Shown one piece after another: positions 41,730-56,039 of a DNA stretch of 64,000 bases. Below the pieces are notes generated by a model. That model was not told the origin of the DNA, did no database searches, and saw nothing but the letters and a program-made list of their open reading frames with translations. The translations under genes were made by a program, and so were the position numbers. Position 1 is the first letter of the stretch, and each line of letters begins with the position of its first letter. The stretch lies in NCBI RefSeq assembly GCF_009914755.1, contig NC_060935.1; one strand, 5' to 3'. The stretch comes from the human T2T-CHM13v2.0 reference genome, Homo sapiens.

Positions 41730-42175
41730 AGATTTATTTTTCTTATTTAGGACCAAGGAAGATCCCTATTATTCATTTTCCAGGTTACTTGGGCTGACCT
41801 TTCATAGTCAAGACAAGTCAAGGATGTAATATAGTGAGACTATTATAAAGGAACCTCAACTTAAATACCAGTGGCCAATGCAAATATAAATAAGCTGTGA
41901 GTTTTTACCCATTTTTATGGCAAAGATTTTAGCAATAAAAGAGATGACAAGGATGTAGTGAAACAGGACTCGCTGGTGGGAATGTACATTGGTATAGCCA
42001 TCTTGGAGAGTAAATCTATAATGAAATCTTTATTGAATAAGCTAGACTCAAGAAGGTACAAGCGGAGATTATCTTTTATTCTTCCCCACGGTTCCTGTTG
42101 AAACTGCTTTACCAAACAGTCATTTTTCTGCTCACAGAAGCTTCAAACACAATGGAATACCAATACAAAACCCAA

Positions 42176-42518
42176 TGCTGTTGGCTGAAATGTATTCCCC
42201 CAAAATTCATATGTCAAAACCTAATTCTCAGTGTGATGGCATTTGCAGGTGAGGCCTTTGAGAGGTGGGACCCTCATGGATGGGATTAGTGCCCTTCTAA
42301 AAGAGGACTCAGAGAGCCTTTTTCCCCCTTCTGCTATTTGAGGAACAGTGAGAAGACAGCCGTCTATGACCCAGGAAGTGAGCCCTTGCCAAACACTAAA
42401 TCTACCAGAGCCTTGATCTTGGACTTTCCAGCCTCCACAGCTGGGAGAAATAAATTTTTATTGTGTAAGCAAACTAGTCTGTGATACTTTGTTATGGCAG
42501 CCAAAGCAGACCAATATA
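42176..42518 (+). mobile_element. MLT1A-type MaLR solo LTR
   Basis: 'tgtattcccccaaaattcatatgt…gggattagtgccctt…ccttgatcttggactttccagcctcc…aataaattt'. Confidence 0.9.
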
Positions 42519-42797
42519 ACTAATAAAAAATGTGTATGGCCTAATAAGAAGAAAATGATCAATTTTTCAGAGATAGATAAAAATGACCCAAATAACCCTG
42601 GATTGGGGGGTTTGGTATTGTGAAGATGGGGATTCTCTTCTAAAATAATAGATATTTAATAGAATCCTACTTAAAGTTACAAAGGAGTATTCCTTTACCT
42701 TGACCAGCTGATTCAATAATTTCTCAAGAGAAGTTATGTTGGAATAACAAATATTTTTTGGACAAGAAAACAAAAAAAAAATATGAATGTGGGTGGG

Positions 42798-42842
42798 CTA
42801 ACTGTAATCCTAACTCTGACCCTGACCCTGACCCTGACCCTG
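42798..42842. repeat. Telomere-variant hexamer array (CCCTGA)n with degenerate CCCTAA-like units
   Basis: ctaact gtaatc ctaact ctgacc ctgacc ctgacc ctgacc ctg. Confidence 0.8.
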
Positions 42843-43026
42843 TGTGCCTATGTGTATATGTGCATGTGTGTATATATATTGAAGGTGGCATTTAATGGTA
42901 TTTAAGTAATGAGATATTCATCAAACAAATAAAGTTAGATCCTTACCTAGCACCATACACAAATAAATAATTTCAGGCAAATAGATATTAAAAATTTAAC
43001 AAAGTATTTGTGGTGATCACTGTTTT

Positions 43027-43307
43027 TTTGTTTTGTTTTGTTTGAGACAGGGTCTTGGTCTGTTATAGTCATGGCTCACTGCAGCCTCAACCTCCCAGGC
43101 TCAAGTGATCCTCCTGCAGCCTCCCACGTAACTGGTACTACAGGTGTGTGCCACCCCACCCAGCTAACATTTTTGTTTTTGTTTTTTTGGTAGAGCTGAG
43201 GTCTTACTATGTTGTTCAGGCTGGCCTTGAATTCCTGGGCTCAAGTGATCCTCCTGCCTCAGCCCCCCAAAGTGCTGGAATTAAAGGCATGAGTCACTAC
43301 ACCCAAC
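43027..43307 (-). mobile_element. AluJ (short internal deletion) with TSD tgatcactgtttt
   Basis: Antisense Alu; TSD at 43014-43026 and 43308-43320. Confidence 0.93.
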
Positions 43308-44619
43308 TGATCACTGTTTTATTCTCCCTCCTTCCTCTGACATCAATTTATCCCAAAGGATTAATCTAAGGCAATCAGGGTAATCACATTTCCCAGGGAA
43401 GGAATTGGGCAAAGACAAGAGAAATTTCTTGAGCTTTGGAAAAAGATTTCCTTGTTTCTAAGAAGGAGGTAGAGGAAAATACAGTGCTTTTTTTCCCTCT
43501 GGATTTGCTGTGAAGTCTGCATATGAATTCTGCACCTGCTGATATATAAATGATAGGAGACTAAAAAGATAAACACCAAAATGTTAGCAGTGCTTGCCTT
43601 TAGTACTATTTAATTCTACATCATTTGAACTTTTTACAATGAGAATGTATTCATTAACTAGTTGTGTCAACATTTTTAAAATTGTAATTATGCTATTTAA
43701 TCTTTATTTCCTTAAATCCTGCTTGCTTTCTTGTTCTAAATATTTGCCTGACATATCACTGTCCCATCCTTTTATTTTCGACCTTTCAGCATCATTTTAA
43801 GTTATCCTTAGTACACAGTCATTGGATTACTTTGTTGTTTTTACTCCAACTGAGAGTCTGCCCGTTATGAAAGGGAGTTTAAAAGTGTTGACATTTGTTG
43901 ATAAAACTGTTACACCTGGTGTTGCTTTAGTCATCTTATTTTATGACTTACATTTTCTTTGTTTGCTATTTTGTCTCTTGCTATATGTATGGTATTTTGT
44001 TTGCTTTTATCTTCTAAAGTTATTTGGAAACTAGACTTCCTGCTTTAAATTCTATGAGTAGTGACTAAATTATAAACTAATTCTTTTAAAATATATCAGC
44101 CAGGATTCAGTCAGGAAAATGATGGTCCAGGTGTTCCAGGAATGAAAGGTTTAATTCAGGAACTAGGGGCTGGCACACACTTTGGACAATCAGGTATGCT
44201 AAGGTCAGCAAATCCACCATCGAGATCTGGGCCAGAAGGTCTGAAGCACGTGGTTCTCGGGACTCACTGGAAAACCAGTGTGAAACTGCAGACTCCCCAT
44301 TGTTCTCAGGAGGAAAACGACTTCTCCTTCCAGACTTCTCAAGAGTGTCTCCCCAGGGCAGAAGCTACCCCAGCACCATATAGGGAAGGTAGTTCTAGGA
44401 AAGGTTGTCCCAGGCTACTCTTCAGCAATGCAGAATGTTAGCAAGTTGACAAGAGAAAAATAGAAGAGCATACTTATCATTTTATTAAAAAATAAATGCT
44501 AATTTTTCTCCTCTTTACATGGAATGAGTCAAATGTTCTTGCTTCCTCAGCTATCATTATTTCTAGTAATTTTTTAACTGAACAAATTAAAATGTAATTA
44601 TCCTTTTCAGTTTATTTTT

Positions 44620-44903
44620 TATTTTATTTTTAGAAACAGGGTCTCGCTCCGTTTCCCAGGCTAAAGTGCAATGGCACGATTAAGGCTAACTGCAGCCTCA
44701 ACTTCCTGATCTCAGGTGATCCTCCCATCTCAGCCTCCAGGGCAGCTGAGACTATAGGCATGTGCCACCACAGTTGGGTAATTTTGGTATGTTTTGTAGA
44801 GATGGGGTTTCACCATGTTACCAAAGCTGGTCTCGAATTCCTGGGCTCAAGTGTTCCACGTTCCTCAGCCTTCCAAAGTGCTGGGATTATAGGCACACCG
44901 GCC
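44620..44903 (-). mobile_element. AluJ
   Basis: Antisense Alu dimer; TSD tcagt(t/c)tattttt at ~44607 and 44904. Confidence 0.92.
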
Positions 44904-45547
44904 TCAGTCTATTTTTATATCAAGTCCCTATAAACACATTGATAATAATTGTCTGTGTGAATAACTGGTTTTAGTATTAGTTTTCAGTTCTTTTCTTCTA
45001 CTTGTCTTAACATCTTACCTTGGGCTCATTTCATGATGTTCTGGTAAGCATCTGGAAGAGTAAATGAGACATACATTTTCTTAGTTCTTGCATTTTTAAG
45101 AATATCTTTCCATTTTTATGTCACATAAATTAATAATTTTCCTGATTTTATAGGTAAGGACTTCATGTCTATAGATCTCTGTGGACCTTTCTTATTACCT
45201 TTTAACACTCATTATTGTGAAAGGAAGGTCTAAAAAATGCCAACTTTTTGTTTTTGTTTTGTCAATTGCCTCTTTACTTTTTTAAGATTAGATAATTCTT
45301 TATGTTGAAAAGGACTTTTGAAGCTGTTGATTATTTTGGATAAAATGCATTGAATACATACTCAATTAGGTTGATTTTGCTTGTAAGGTCAAGATTATTT
45401 TCATTTATTATTGTTTTAGCTTCCCTTCCTCACTAGTACTAATAAGATAGATCCTGGGCTCTCTTTTCCATATTAGCTATTTCTAATCTTTTATTTATAT
45501 TTTTATTCTGTTTCTGTTATAATTTTTCTAATTTATTCTTTCATTAG

Positions 45548-45843
<296 letters not shown>

Positions 45844-47389
45844 TTTTTTTTTAAAATCCTATTATTAATATACTTTTTCTACAGTGTTATATTTGTTAAT
45901 TTTCTACACCAAAAATGGCTGCCAATGTGCACTACATTTTAAGTCTTATAAAGTCACTTTTAATAATAGTACACTAATTTAGCTTGTTGTATTTTTAATA
46001 AGCCTTGTTCCTAGTTAGTAGGATAATTTCAGTAATATCTTACTGAAAACACTAGGCAAATAGTTTCCCAAAACATTTTTATTTTATACAAAAAAAATCT
46101 GCTTCAGAAGGAGAAAAAAATCTACATTTTACTCCAGAATATTCTCCCCTTTTTCTCCTTCTCTTGAATTAAAGCTTATTTTCATAGGCCTGTGTTAATT
46201 CTTTTCTCTTTGGGCATCTTTTTAGATGAGTTATATTCAGGCCAGGGCTGGAGAAATGAATGTAATTCACCCAGTTCCAGTTTGGAAAGGGAGAGGACAG
46301 TAGATTTTTTTATTCACTGAATGACCAGGCTCCATATTGTAAGACCTATATTTATACATTTGACTTACTTTGAAGATTCTTGGACTCTGTTAAAGATGGA
46401 TGCTTCGAAGAAAGACTCTCCATGAAGCACCTAATCCATTAAATGCCCACAAATCGAATGGTAAGTTCTGTCCTTGAGTAGAAATTAAAATACCTTGAGT
46501 GACTAGAGCTAGAAATCCACCATATACCGCAGTGAGAAATTATGAAAAAGCTCAATGCCGACTGCCATCTCTCAAGAGGCTAGATGTCAGTTCTGACCCA
46601 TTGTTAAGGACATTACTTCATTTTCTTCAGAATCTTGAGAACGCACAAATCTTGCTTATATATAACAAGGATGCGGTGGGGTAGTATAGTGTCTAAATTC
46701 TTGGGTCAAATGTGAAAAAGATGTGATTCCCTTGGAAGCAATGTATGACCACTTATTCATGCTCCTAGAAATATGAAAAACAGGCAGAAAGGATTGAAAA
46801 CAAAAGTGGAATCATTTCCAGGCAGAGACTGAGCCAAGAAAGGGGCCCAGGTCCTCTCCTTTACCCAGAGTACCCTTCAGCTTTGGCATCCCGTCCCTTG
46901 AATCACAGTCATTGTCTGGCTCTAATGCAAACACTGGCTCCATTGTGAATCTGCAGGGGCACAGCCCCACATGCACTGCTTTCTACCCGCCTGGGGCTTC
47001 TTGAGCTTATCCCATTGAGCTGTGACTCAGGCAGTCAGCCAGAAGAGCCTCTATGTAGGGTGGTGCCTGGGGATCTGTGCTGATTGCACAACGGCTGCCA
47101 GGTAAATCCCTTTGCCATCCCATGGGAAATGTCAAATCAGGGGCAAAGTATGGGTGCTCTGTGTTTGAATCCAAGGATTTGGGTCAGAACAGATGGTAGT
47201 GGGAACTTTCATTCTTACCATCTGCCTCTGAGGATACTTGGATGGACCTCAGACTGCCTGGAAACTTCTAGAAAAATTCTAGGTTCCACAACTCAAGTGT
47301 CAGAGGAATTCTCATGAAGTCTAGGGGATGGGGCAGAACAGTCTGAAATACATGAGGTTCACAGGTGGCTTCGTGCAATACTTCTCAGG

Positions 47390-47570
47390 CTTCCTGTATG
47401 TTAGACTTATCTACGGAGCCTATAAACATGCAGATTCCTGAGACACATTCCCTGGGATTCTAATTCATAGGTCCTGGAGTTGGGATTAGTAATCCACATT
47501 TTTATGAGCATTCCAAACTGATTCTAATGCAACAAGATCATATAACAAACTCCACTTAGAAAAACACTGA
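47390..47570. mobile_element. MER5-type hAT MITE
   Basis: 'atgcagattcctgag…ggattctaattcataggtc…aatccacatttt…tgattctaatgca…cacttagaaaaacactg'. Confidence 0.7.
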
Positions 47571-48309
47571 TTTATGAAGGTGTTGGCAAAGTAAGCACTT
47601 AAATCAATCTGTTATGGTAAGTATCTGGACCAAGAATGGGTTCCTCAGGAATTATAGGAGGATGACTATCAGCAACTTCCCCTGTTTGAGCACTGCCTTG
47701 TGCCTAAGCAGACTTCCTCAGCAACCAGGCTTCTGACAGCCTTTAATCATATGCATTCCTGTAGTTAGGTGAAGCTATCCTAGAGGTCAAGGATGGTAGC
47801 AAGTAAAGGGAGGAAACCTTCTTTCTGTTGGGGCCAGACTGATGAGCTCAGTTGGGAAATCCCAGTGATGGAGAGTGAAATAGAGCATTTCCATATCAAC
47901 CAGTATGTCTGGCCACACCCCTCTAAGGGATACTACCACACGGGCAGCCCCCCATTTCCAGGTGGCCATATTGAGTACCATAAGAAGGTGCTTCCCTAAC
48001 CACAACTGATTAGACCAAGGGTGGGTTGAACCCAAGGCAGCCAATTATCAATTATAGGATGTGAAGTGGCATGAAAAGACATTAATTAGGCCAATCAGAT
48101 TACCACTGTTGGGAATCGGGAAATGTGGAGAATCCAAGCCAGTCATCAGCAGGTCAGATGTATCAAAAAGTCGTGTCATAACAAAAGAGGCTGGGGAAGC
48201 CATAGTGAAGTATGTATGCAGAGAGGATTCTGGTCAGCTGGAAGAAGAAAGTGGAGCAGATGCGCAGAGAGAAATAGAAAGTTGAGAAATTTTGAGAAAT
48301 AAGAAAGAT

Positions 48310-48650
48310 GGACTGGGCATGGTGGCTCGTTCCTGTAATATCAGCACTTTGGGAGACCGACACAGGAGGATCACTTGAGCCAAGGAGTTCAATACCAGTC
48401 TGGGCAACATAGTGAGACTTTGTCTCTACAAAAAAAATAAAAATAAAATTAGCCATGTATGGTGGCATGCACCTATGGTCCCAGCTACTTGGGAGGCTGA
48501 GGTGAGAGGACTGCTTCAGCTCGGGAAGTCGAGGCCGCAGTGAGTCGAGATCACACCATTACACTCTAGCCTGGGCAACAGAGGGAGACCTTGTCTCTTA
48601 ACCGAAAAAAAATAAATAAATAAAAGAAAGAAAGAAAGAAAAGAAAGAAA
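48310..48650 (+). mobile_element. AluJ with A/GAAA tail
   Basis: Sense Alu dimer, 'ggatcacttgagccaaggagttc', 'gtcgaggccgcagtgag'. Confidence 0.92.
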
Positions 48651-48939
48651 CCTGGTTAATAGCATCAGGTAAAAGCAGGTTATAAATGCTCTCTGGCTCA
48701 AGGAACACGTAGCCTTAATTTGAGCAAGCTTAAGAGGGCAATGAAATACCTGTCAACAATGAAATGGAAGCAATATTTAATGAGCCTTTATTGTATGCAA
48801 GGTACTTGAGGAGCATTTCATGTATTCTCTATCATTTTTGCTCACAATAGCACTAAAAATATGCATTATAGTGCCGCCTGCTGTACTTTATCATCTACTT
48901 TTCCTTACTGTAGAGGTAAGAAAAATTAATGGACTGTCT

Positions 48940-49272
48940 AGCACCTGTCCAAATGATAGTCACTTGTCACATGTGGCTATTAAGCAGTTAAAATGTAGCT
49001 AGTGCAAATTGAGATGTGCTGTAAGTGTGTAACACACCAAATTTTGAAATAGAGTACAAAAATAAAAAAGAATGTAAAATATCTCATTAATGATTTTCAG
49101 TTGGTAACATGTTGAAATGATATATGTTGGATATAGTGGGTTGAATAAAATAAATATTAAAATTAATTTCACCTGTTTCTGTTTACTTAGTGAATGTAGC
49201 TACAAGAAAATTAAAAATTACATATGTGGGTCATATTTGTGACTCACATTATGTTTCTTCTGGACAGTGCTG
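48940..49272 (-). mobile_element. MER33 hAT MITE
   Basis: 'ctgtccaa…cacatgtggctattaagca…aattaatttcacctgtttc…tggacagtgctg'; interrupts a MIR-like segment. Confidence 0.85.
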
Positions 49273-49408
49273 GTCTAGTTTGTTGTTTTATGAAACCAGA
49301 AATGGTGACATATAAATAGAAGAAAAGTGTAAGCTTCCTTGATTAGGCCATATTCACCGCTGGTCCTCATATTGGAAAATAAATTCCATAAATATTGAGC
49401 AAGTACAT

Positions 49409-49907
49409 TGTGCTAGTGTCCAAAGATGGTGGCCATAATTCTTCTCCTCCCAATATAAGCATGCCCCTCCTCCCATCAAGAAACAGAGCCTATTTCCCCT
49501 TCTCTTGAATCTGGCCTGGCCTTGTAACCTGCTGTGACCAATAGAATGTGATGGACGTAATGGTTATGCCAGTTTTGAGTGTAGCCTTTAAGAGGCCTGG
49601 TAGCTCCTGCTTTTGCTCTTGGATAATCCGCATGCTGGAAAGAAGCTTTGGCTAGACTCCTGAATGGAAAGAAAGGCCAAGTAGAGGAGTGCTTAAATGC
49701 TAGACATGAGTGAGGTCTTCAAGACCCTTCCAGCATAGCCAAAGTGGCCTGCAACACAGCGTAACCAGTGACCCAGCAGATGTCACGTAGAACAGACAAA
49801 CTACTGTGCCAAACACAGCCAAAAGGTAGAACCATGAGAAACAATAAACTGTTTCAAAGCCACTAAGTTTCAGGGTGGTTTGTTACACAGCAATAAATAA
49901 TTAAAGT
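49409..49907 (+). mobile_element. MLT1G/H-type MaLR solo LTR
   Basis: 'cctcctcccatcaaga…cttgaatctggcctggccttgt…gaccaatagaatgtg…gccactaagtttcagggtggtttgttacacagcaata'. Confidence 0.85.
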
Positions 49908-50036
49908 GTGCCTTCTGCGTGCAAAACTCTGTGATAGACAGACCCTGGGAGTGACAACATAACCAAGAACGCTTCCTGCCCTCAGTTTGCTTAGAATCTC
50001 AAGGGAGACATCAGGCACATATTAAAAATAACTGTA

Positions 50037-50530
<494 letters not shown>

Positions 50531-51917
50531 TTATTGGATACCTTACGGCCCTTTTCTTCCCCATGTGAGCCTGGTGAGGAGGGAGGCAGCAATCTCTCCT
50601 GGCTCTCCATAAGGACAGATTCACGAGTCTAACTGCTGCTTCCAATAGAAGCACAGGCAGAGAGAAAAAGAGTTACAAATACGGGGACGTAGCACAAATG
50701 CTGGACTCTGTAAGACTCAATAAGTAAAACTATGTAAGGTTTTTATTTTCTACTGGGCCAGACTTCCTGACCTCTCCCAGAATGTAGTGAATAGATTCTG
50801 TAGGGCTTTTAACCTCCACTGTTATTCCAAGGATGGGGCTCAGCTTCCTTCTTTTCCTTTCTGACTCTGTCTATATCAAGGGTCCCGTGGGTTGTTCCTT
50901 TCCATTGTGGTCTCACTGCCCAGCTTTAAGGCACCATCCTGGCACAGTGATAGGTTTACCTTTGTCTAAAAGTGTCCATTTGCATCTCTGTGGCCTTCTT
51001 GCCTGGGTGACACCCACTTGATTAGGCATTTGCCCAGTGTGAGATCAGAGTCCCTCATTTACATTTCCCCACAATAGTGAATGGCTTACAGGCTGTTCAA
51101 ATACAGTTTCTAAACAGTGAATAATTCAGCCAGAAAGCCAGCCTTTTAAGGTTTGGATTTGGGGCATTTCTGAGAGCTCTAAACCCTTTGCATTGACACT
51201 GTGGACTACCACTGAAAGTAGAACCAGAGCAAGAAAACAGAGGAACTCAGCTGGGCTACTGCAGACCCTTCACTACTTCCCATGCAGGGCTTCATCAATA
51301 ACTCAGGGAGAAAGGCTCTGCTAGTTAAAACCAAACCCACAAAGAAGAGTCACTGTTTAGATTCTAAATAGAGTGCATGCAAGAGACAAAAATCACATGT
51401 GGTCAAAATTATCCCTCAACATCATTTACAGACTGCAAATAGAGAAGACATTGTTGTGCATTTACAACCCTGGACAGTAATTCTTACGGCCATTGGAAGT
51501 GTAAGACCATCGAGTGATAAGCCAAAAACAAAAAAAACAAAAAAAAAAACAAAAACAAAAAAAAGGAACAAAACTAAAGTCTACCGAAAGATGTCTGCTT
51601 TCAAAGTATTTTGCCTCTGAGATAACTCCTAAATCCCCAGCCGTAGTTATTCTTATTCTTCACACATCTCTAGTAGGGAATGGGGACTGAGTAGAAAATA
51701 ATAACAGCAGGCAATGCTCATAACAGCAGGCACTGTTCTAACTGCCTTATGTTAGCTCGTGCAATCTTTACTACAATAGGAAACATTATCCCTATTTTAC
51801 AGAAGAGTAAACTGAGGCATACAGAGCTGGTGGAAATTATCTGAGGTTTCTCACTAGAATACTCAGTGAGACCGTGTTCAGGAGTGGGTGGCTGACAGGA
51901 CTGACATCCTACAGGAA

Positions 51918-52292
51918 TGGCATAAAGACTATTTTAAAATGAAGATATTTGAAATATGGAAGATGCAGAAAGAAGCCTTTTCTGAGCTTCCCTTATCGGA
52001 CTAAAGGCAGAGCTCCTTGAAAATGAAATTGCCATAAATCCCCTCTCCAGGAGAGCTGACAGCCAAGGAGACTGGTCATTAGCACAAGGCAGAGAAATTG
52101 CATAAATACACATTATCACCAATTGTCATACCCTCCATTTATCTCCACTGAAAGCTCATTTATCCTCTCACAGAAGCCCTTTCTCCCCACCCCCTTTCCC
52201 CAGTGAAGTTGGTATATAAACCTTTATTCCTCACTGCTCGGCTATCAATGCTCCCACATGCATGTGGATTTAAAAGAAAGTTTTTCTCCCAA
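51918..52292 (+). mobile_element. ERV1 LTR fragment (MER34-like)
   Basis: 'tggcataaagactattttaaaatgaaga…agatgcagaaagaagcc…ccttatc…ggtatataaacc'. Confidence 0.65.
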
Positions 52293-52350
52293 CGAGGTGA
52301 ATGGGTTACTCGTGAAAGAAATGCAGGATTTCAATAAATGAAACTGAGAG

Positions 52351-52693
<343 letters not shown>

Positions 52694-52747
52694 AAGAAAG
52701 AAAGAAAAGAAAAAGAGAAAAAGAAAGAAGAAAGAAAGAAAGAAGGA

Positions 52748-52778
<31 letters not shown>

Positions 52779-52977
52779 GAAGAAAGAAAGAAAAGAAAAG
52801 AAAAAAGAAGGAGGAGGAGGATAGGAAGGAAGAGAGAAAGGAAGGAAGAAAGAAAGGAAGAAAGAAAAGAAAAAAAAGAAAAGAAAAGAAGAAGGAGAGG
52901 AGGATAGGAAGGAAGAGAGAAAGGAAGAAAGAAAAAGAAAGAAAGAGAAAGAAAGAAAGAAAAAGAAAGAAAGAAAG
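52694..52977. repeat. Polypurine (GAAA/GGA-type) tract of ~285 bp
   Basis: Essentially all A/G; a 31-bp unit occurs at both 52814 and 52897. Confidence 0.95.
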
Positions 52978-54409
52978 TAAGAGATGTTTGGATGGAAGCC
53001 ATGTGAACAAAGGAATAGAGGAAGGAAAATACAGGGCAGGTTTGGGGAATGTTCTGCTGTGACTGGAGCAAAGGGTGAATGGAAATCCAGTATAGGAAGC
53101 TAAGGCTGGATAACCAAATTACAGCCAACTGGTGGGAGAGTCTTAGACCTTGAGATTTGGGAGGATCCCTAACCCACCTTCTTCATTAGAGCAATAGAAG
53201 AGAAACAAGACCAGTGTCTTGGAGAGTATCAATGGCTGGTCAATACCAAAAGGCAAGTAAACGGCAGAGATGGAGGCTAAAGCTCCTGACTCTGAACTCC
53301 CTCCCCAGTTTCTTCTTCGCTGCAGCGTGCTGCCTCCTTTGAGATGGATATGGGAGGCAGGTGGAGGTGGTGATGGGACAGAGCTCTCCTGTGTGTTGCC
53401 CAGCCTCATTGCCTGCTTTCCTTCTCCAGACACTGTGTAATATCAGTGTTGGCTCCAAACAGCCAGGAGTGGCCAACATGACACGTACCCCTCTGTCCCT
53501 ATCCTGTGCTGTCAAGCACCTTGTATATAGGCTGTTCCCAAGAGCAGACCAGGAGTGAAGTAGGGCAAGGGGCCCCATTCTTCTCAGCCCAACCAGCACT
53601 GGCCATTTCCTCTCTTGGCATGATTTTAGAATTTCCCATTCTCCTCCCTACTGCATTTCCTGCTCAAAGTAGATTTTTTTCCTAGGTCAACTCAGCTGCT
53701 CTCTAATTCGGGCAAAACTAGAGATGCAGAGAAAAATGAGAACCTGTTGGGGTTATTTTGGCCTATTGTTCCACACTACAGAGACATTAGATAACGACCT
53801 GATCCTGTACCTCTCCTACTCCGCCCCATCCCACGACCCTGGAAGGCATTGTTTGAGTGTTTTGTTTGCATTGTTCAGAGGTTCTCTTAATCTAGTTCAA
53901 ATTTAAACCTTGATGAAAAAGACAGGTGCAGGCAGCTCTGTGGCTCTCAGTTATTGACCACTCTGTGCAAAAGCCCACACCATGCACACACGTCTTTGCA
54001 CTGTCCACCATTTGTCCCCCACTTCCTCTTCCTCCCTGTCTGTCTTCCCCACTATTAATCCTTTGCTCCTATCCAGCTGGTCTCTGGATTATTCCCTGAA
54101 CTTGCCTTGTGTTTTTCCACCTAAAAGCCTTTGTCCCCACCACCTGTCCCCATAAAATGTCCTCCCCACTTTTTTCCATCCAGCCAGATCAGATTCGTTT
54201 CACCCTCATTCAACGCCAACTGTTAGTTGGCACTGGGCCAGCACACGTTATCTCATCCTGCAAGGCCTAGCATACATTTATTCTTATCTGGGAAGCTTTC
54301 TGGGGCTACCCCAACTGGAAGTGACTACTTCCTCCTTTCTCTCACACTTATTGTCTGTACTGCTCATTTGGTGCTTAATACATCCTAGTACTTTACAATT
54401 AATCATTCA

Positions 54410-55040
54410 CTTGCTCATTCATTCATTTAACAAGTATTTACTGAGTGATTATTATTTTGCAGACACTGTGGTAGATGCTGGAGAGATGCAGATGCAAAAG
54501 ACACCCTGGTTGTCCCCTAGAAACTCACTCTAGTGGTCAAAATTGACACATCAGAAGCTGCTTGTCATAAAATGATGAGTATAGGTCACACTTCAGAAGT
54601 CCAGCAGTGGGGCTCCATGATGAATGAGTAAACAGTGGCTCTGTGAAGGTGGAGAGAAAGCGCATTTTCGGGAGGTAGAGGAAGAGCAGGTGCCCAGAGC
54701 TGAGGAGCATTGGAATAGGGCTACAAGCAGCACTTGCTGCTGGACCAGAGAATGTTGCCAAAGTATAGAATGTGCAAGATATCATTGGAGGACCTGGAGT
54801 TCCAGTCTTAGAGCTTGGCTTCATTCTGAGAGGCATGTTGTGCCATTGAGGGTTTTAAGCAAGGGATTGATTCAAGCTTTGTGGTTTAAGATCACTCTGG
54901 CTACTTTCTGAAGGGTGGATAAAACCAGGGAGAGATTTGAGGCAGGAAATTGTTAGGAGGCTGTGGCAATAACCCAAGGCAAGAGACATGAAGGTGGTAA
55001 TCTCTGCCTGAGAAATGAAGAGACTCGATTTGAGAAATAC
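54410..55040 (-). mobile_element. L2 fragment(s)
   Basis: 'cattcattcatttaacaagtatttactgag' and 'gccattgagggttttaagcaaggg…aagatcactctggct'. Confidence 0.75.
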
Positions 55041-55469
55041 ACAGGATGTATAAAATTATACCGCAGTCACAGCTCTGGAGGCCCTCACAACCGAAAAGTG
55101 TGCATAAGTACAATTCAATGTATGGAACCTGTCAAGGATTTAAAAAGTGCTACCAGAGCACAGGAGAGATGGCAGATGACATTGTCTAAGAAATGTGGAC
55201 CATGTCACGGACTTGTCATTCCTATAACATGGCTATTTATGCACATGTGTCAGACCTCTTCTCCTAGATTTTAGGCTCACTAAAGGCAGGGGACATGGAA
55301 AAGCTAAAGGACATCAGCTCTTGTCACAAGCAAGGCCTCTCTGCTCTCCACATTGTGGGTAGGGGTGTCCCAGGGAACTATGTTTGTAGCAGGCAGGTCA
55401 GGAGTTTCTGCAGCAAGGGCAGGGCAGGGAAAAAGCATCAAGACATGCTATGAACAGGCCACAGGGGTG

Positions 55470-55640
55470 ATGTCCAGAGCACAGAATTGGAGCCAGGCTA
55501 GGCTAAGTTCACATTTCTGCTCCGCTGTCAGCCAGCTATGTGACCTTGGGCAAATAACTTAAGTCAAATTCAGTACTGAGTCAATTTCAGTATTATGTGA
55601 AAAATAAATGGAAATCTCTAGGCATGTACCTAGTACCTCT
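55470..55640 (+). mobile_element. MIR SINE
   Basis: 'agctatgtgaccttgggcaaataacttaa' MIR core. Confidence 0.7.
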
Positions 55641-56039
55641 AGAGTACTCTTTGTTATAGATGTAGGTATCACTGATGTTGGCATCTCTTTTCTTATCCCT
55701 TCCCCTCACTAATCTGGGAGATCCCTGAGTGCAGCAGAGACTACATCTTACTCATATTTTACCCTCATTTTCTGCCACAGTACTTGCTGCACAGTAGCTG
55801 CTCAATCGATGTTTGTTGAATGAGTTCATATGAGCACTTACAATGTTACTTCTGAGCCCAGTAAAATTCCTTAATTTAGATTCACTGCCTACCCCTGAGA
55901 TAGCACAGAAAAGAAACAAATTTGACAAAGACATTGTTCCTGCCCTCAAGGGGCAGAGATAATTTAAATCAAAGAAAAACTTTAGGTTCTTCAAGGCGCT
56001 GTCCTGTATGTTGTTCTCTGCCCACCTCATCTCTTCTCT

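Noticed and set aside
49773-49786. CTCF-like motif CCAGCAGATGTCAC in the MLT1 LTR
   Set aside because: Mismatch in the core GG; cannot be supported without ChIP data.
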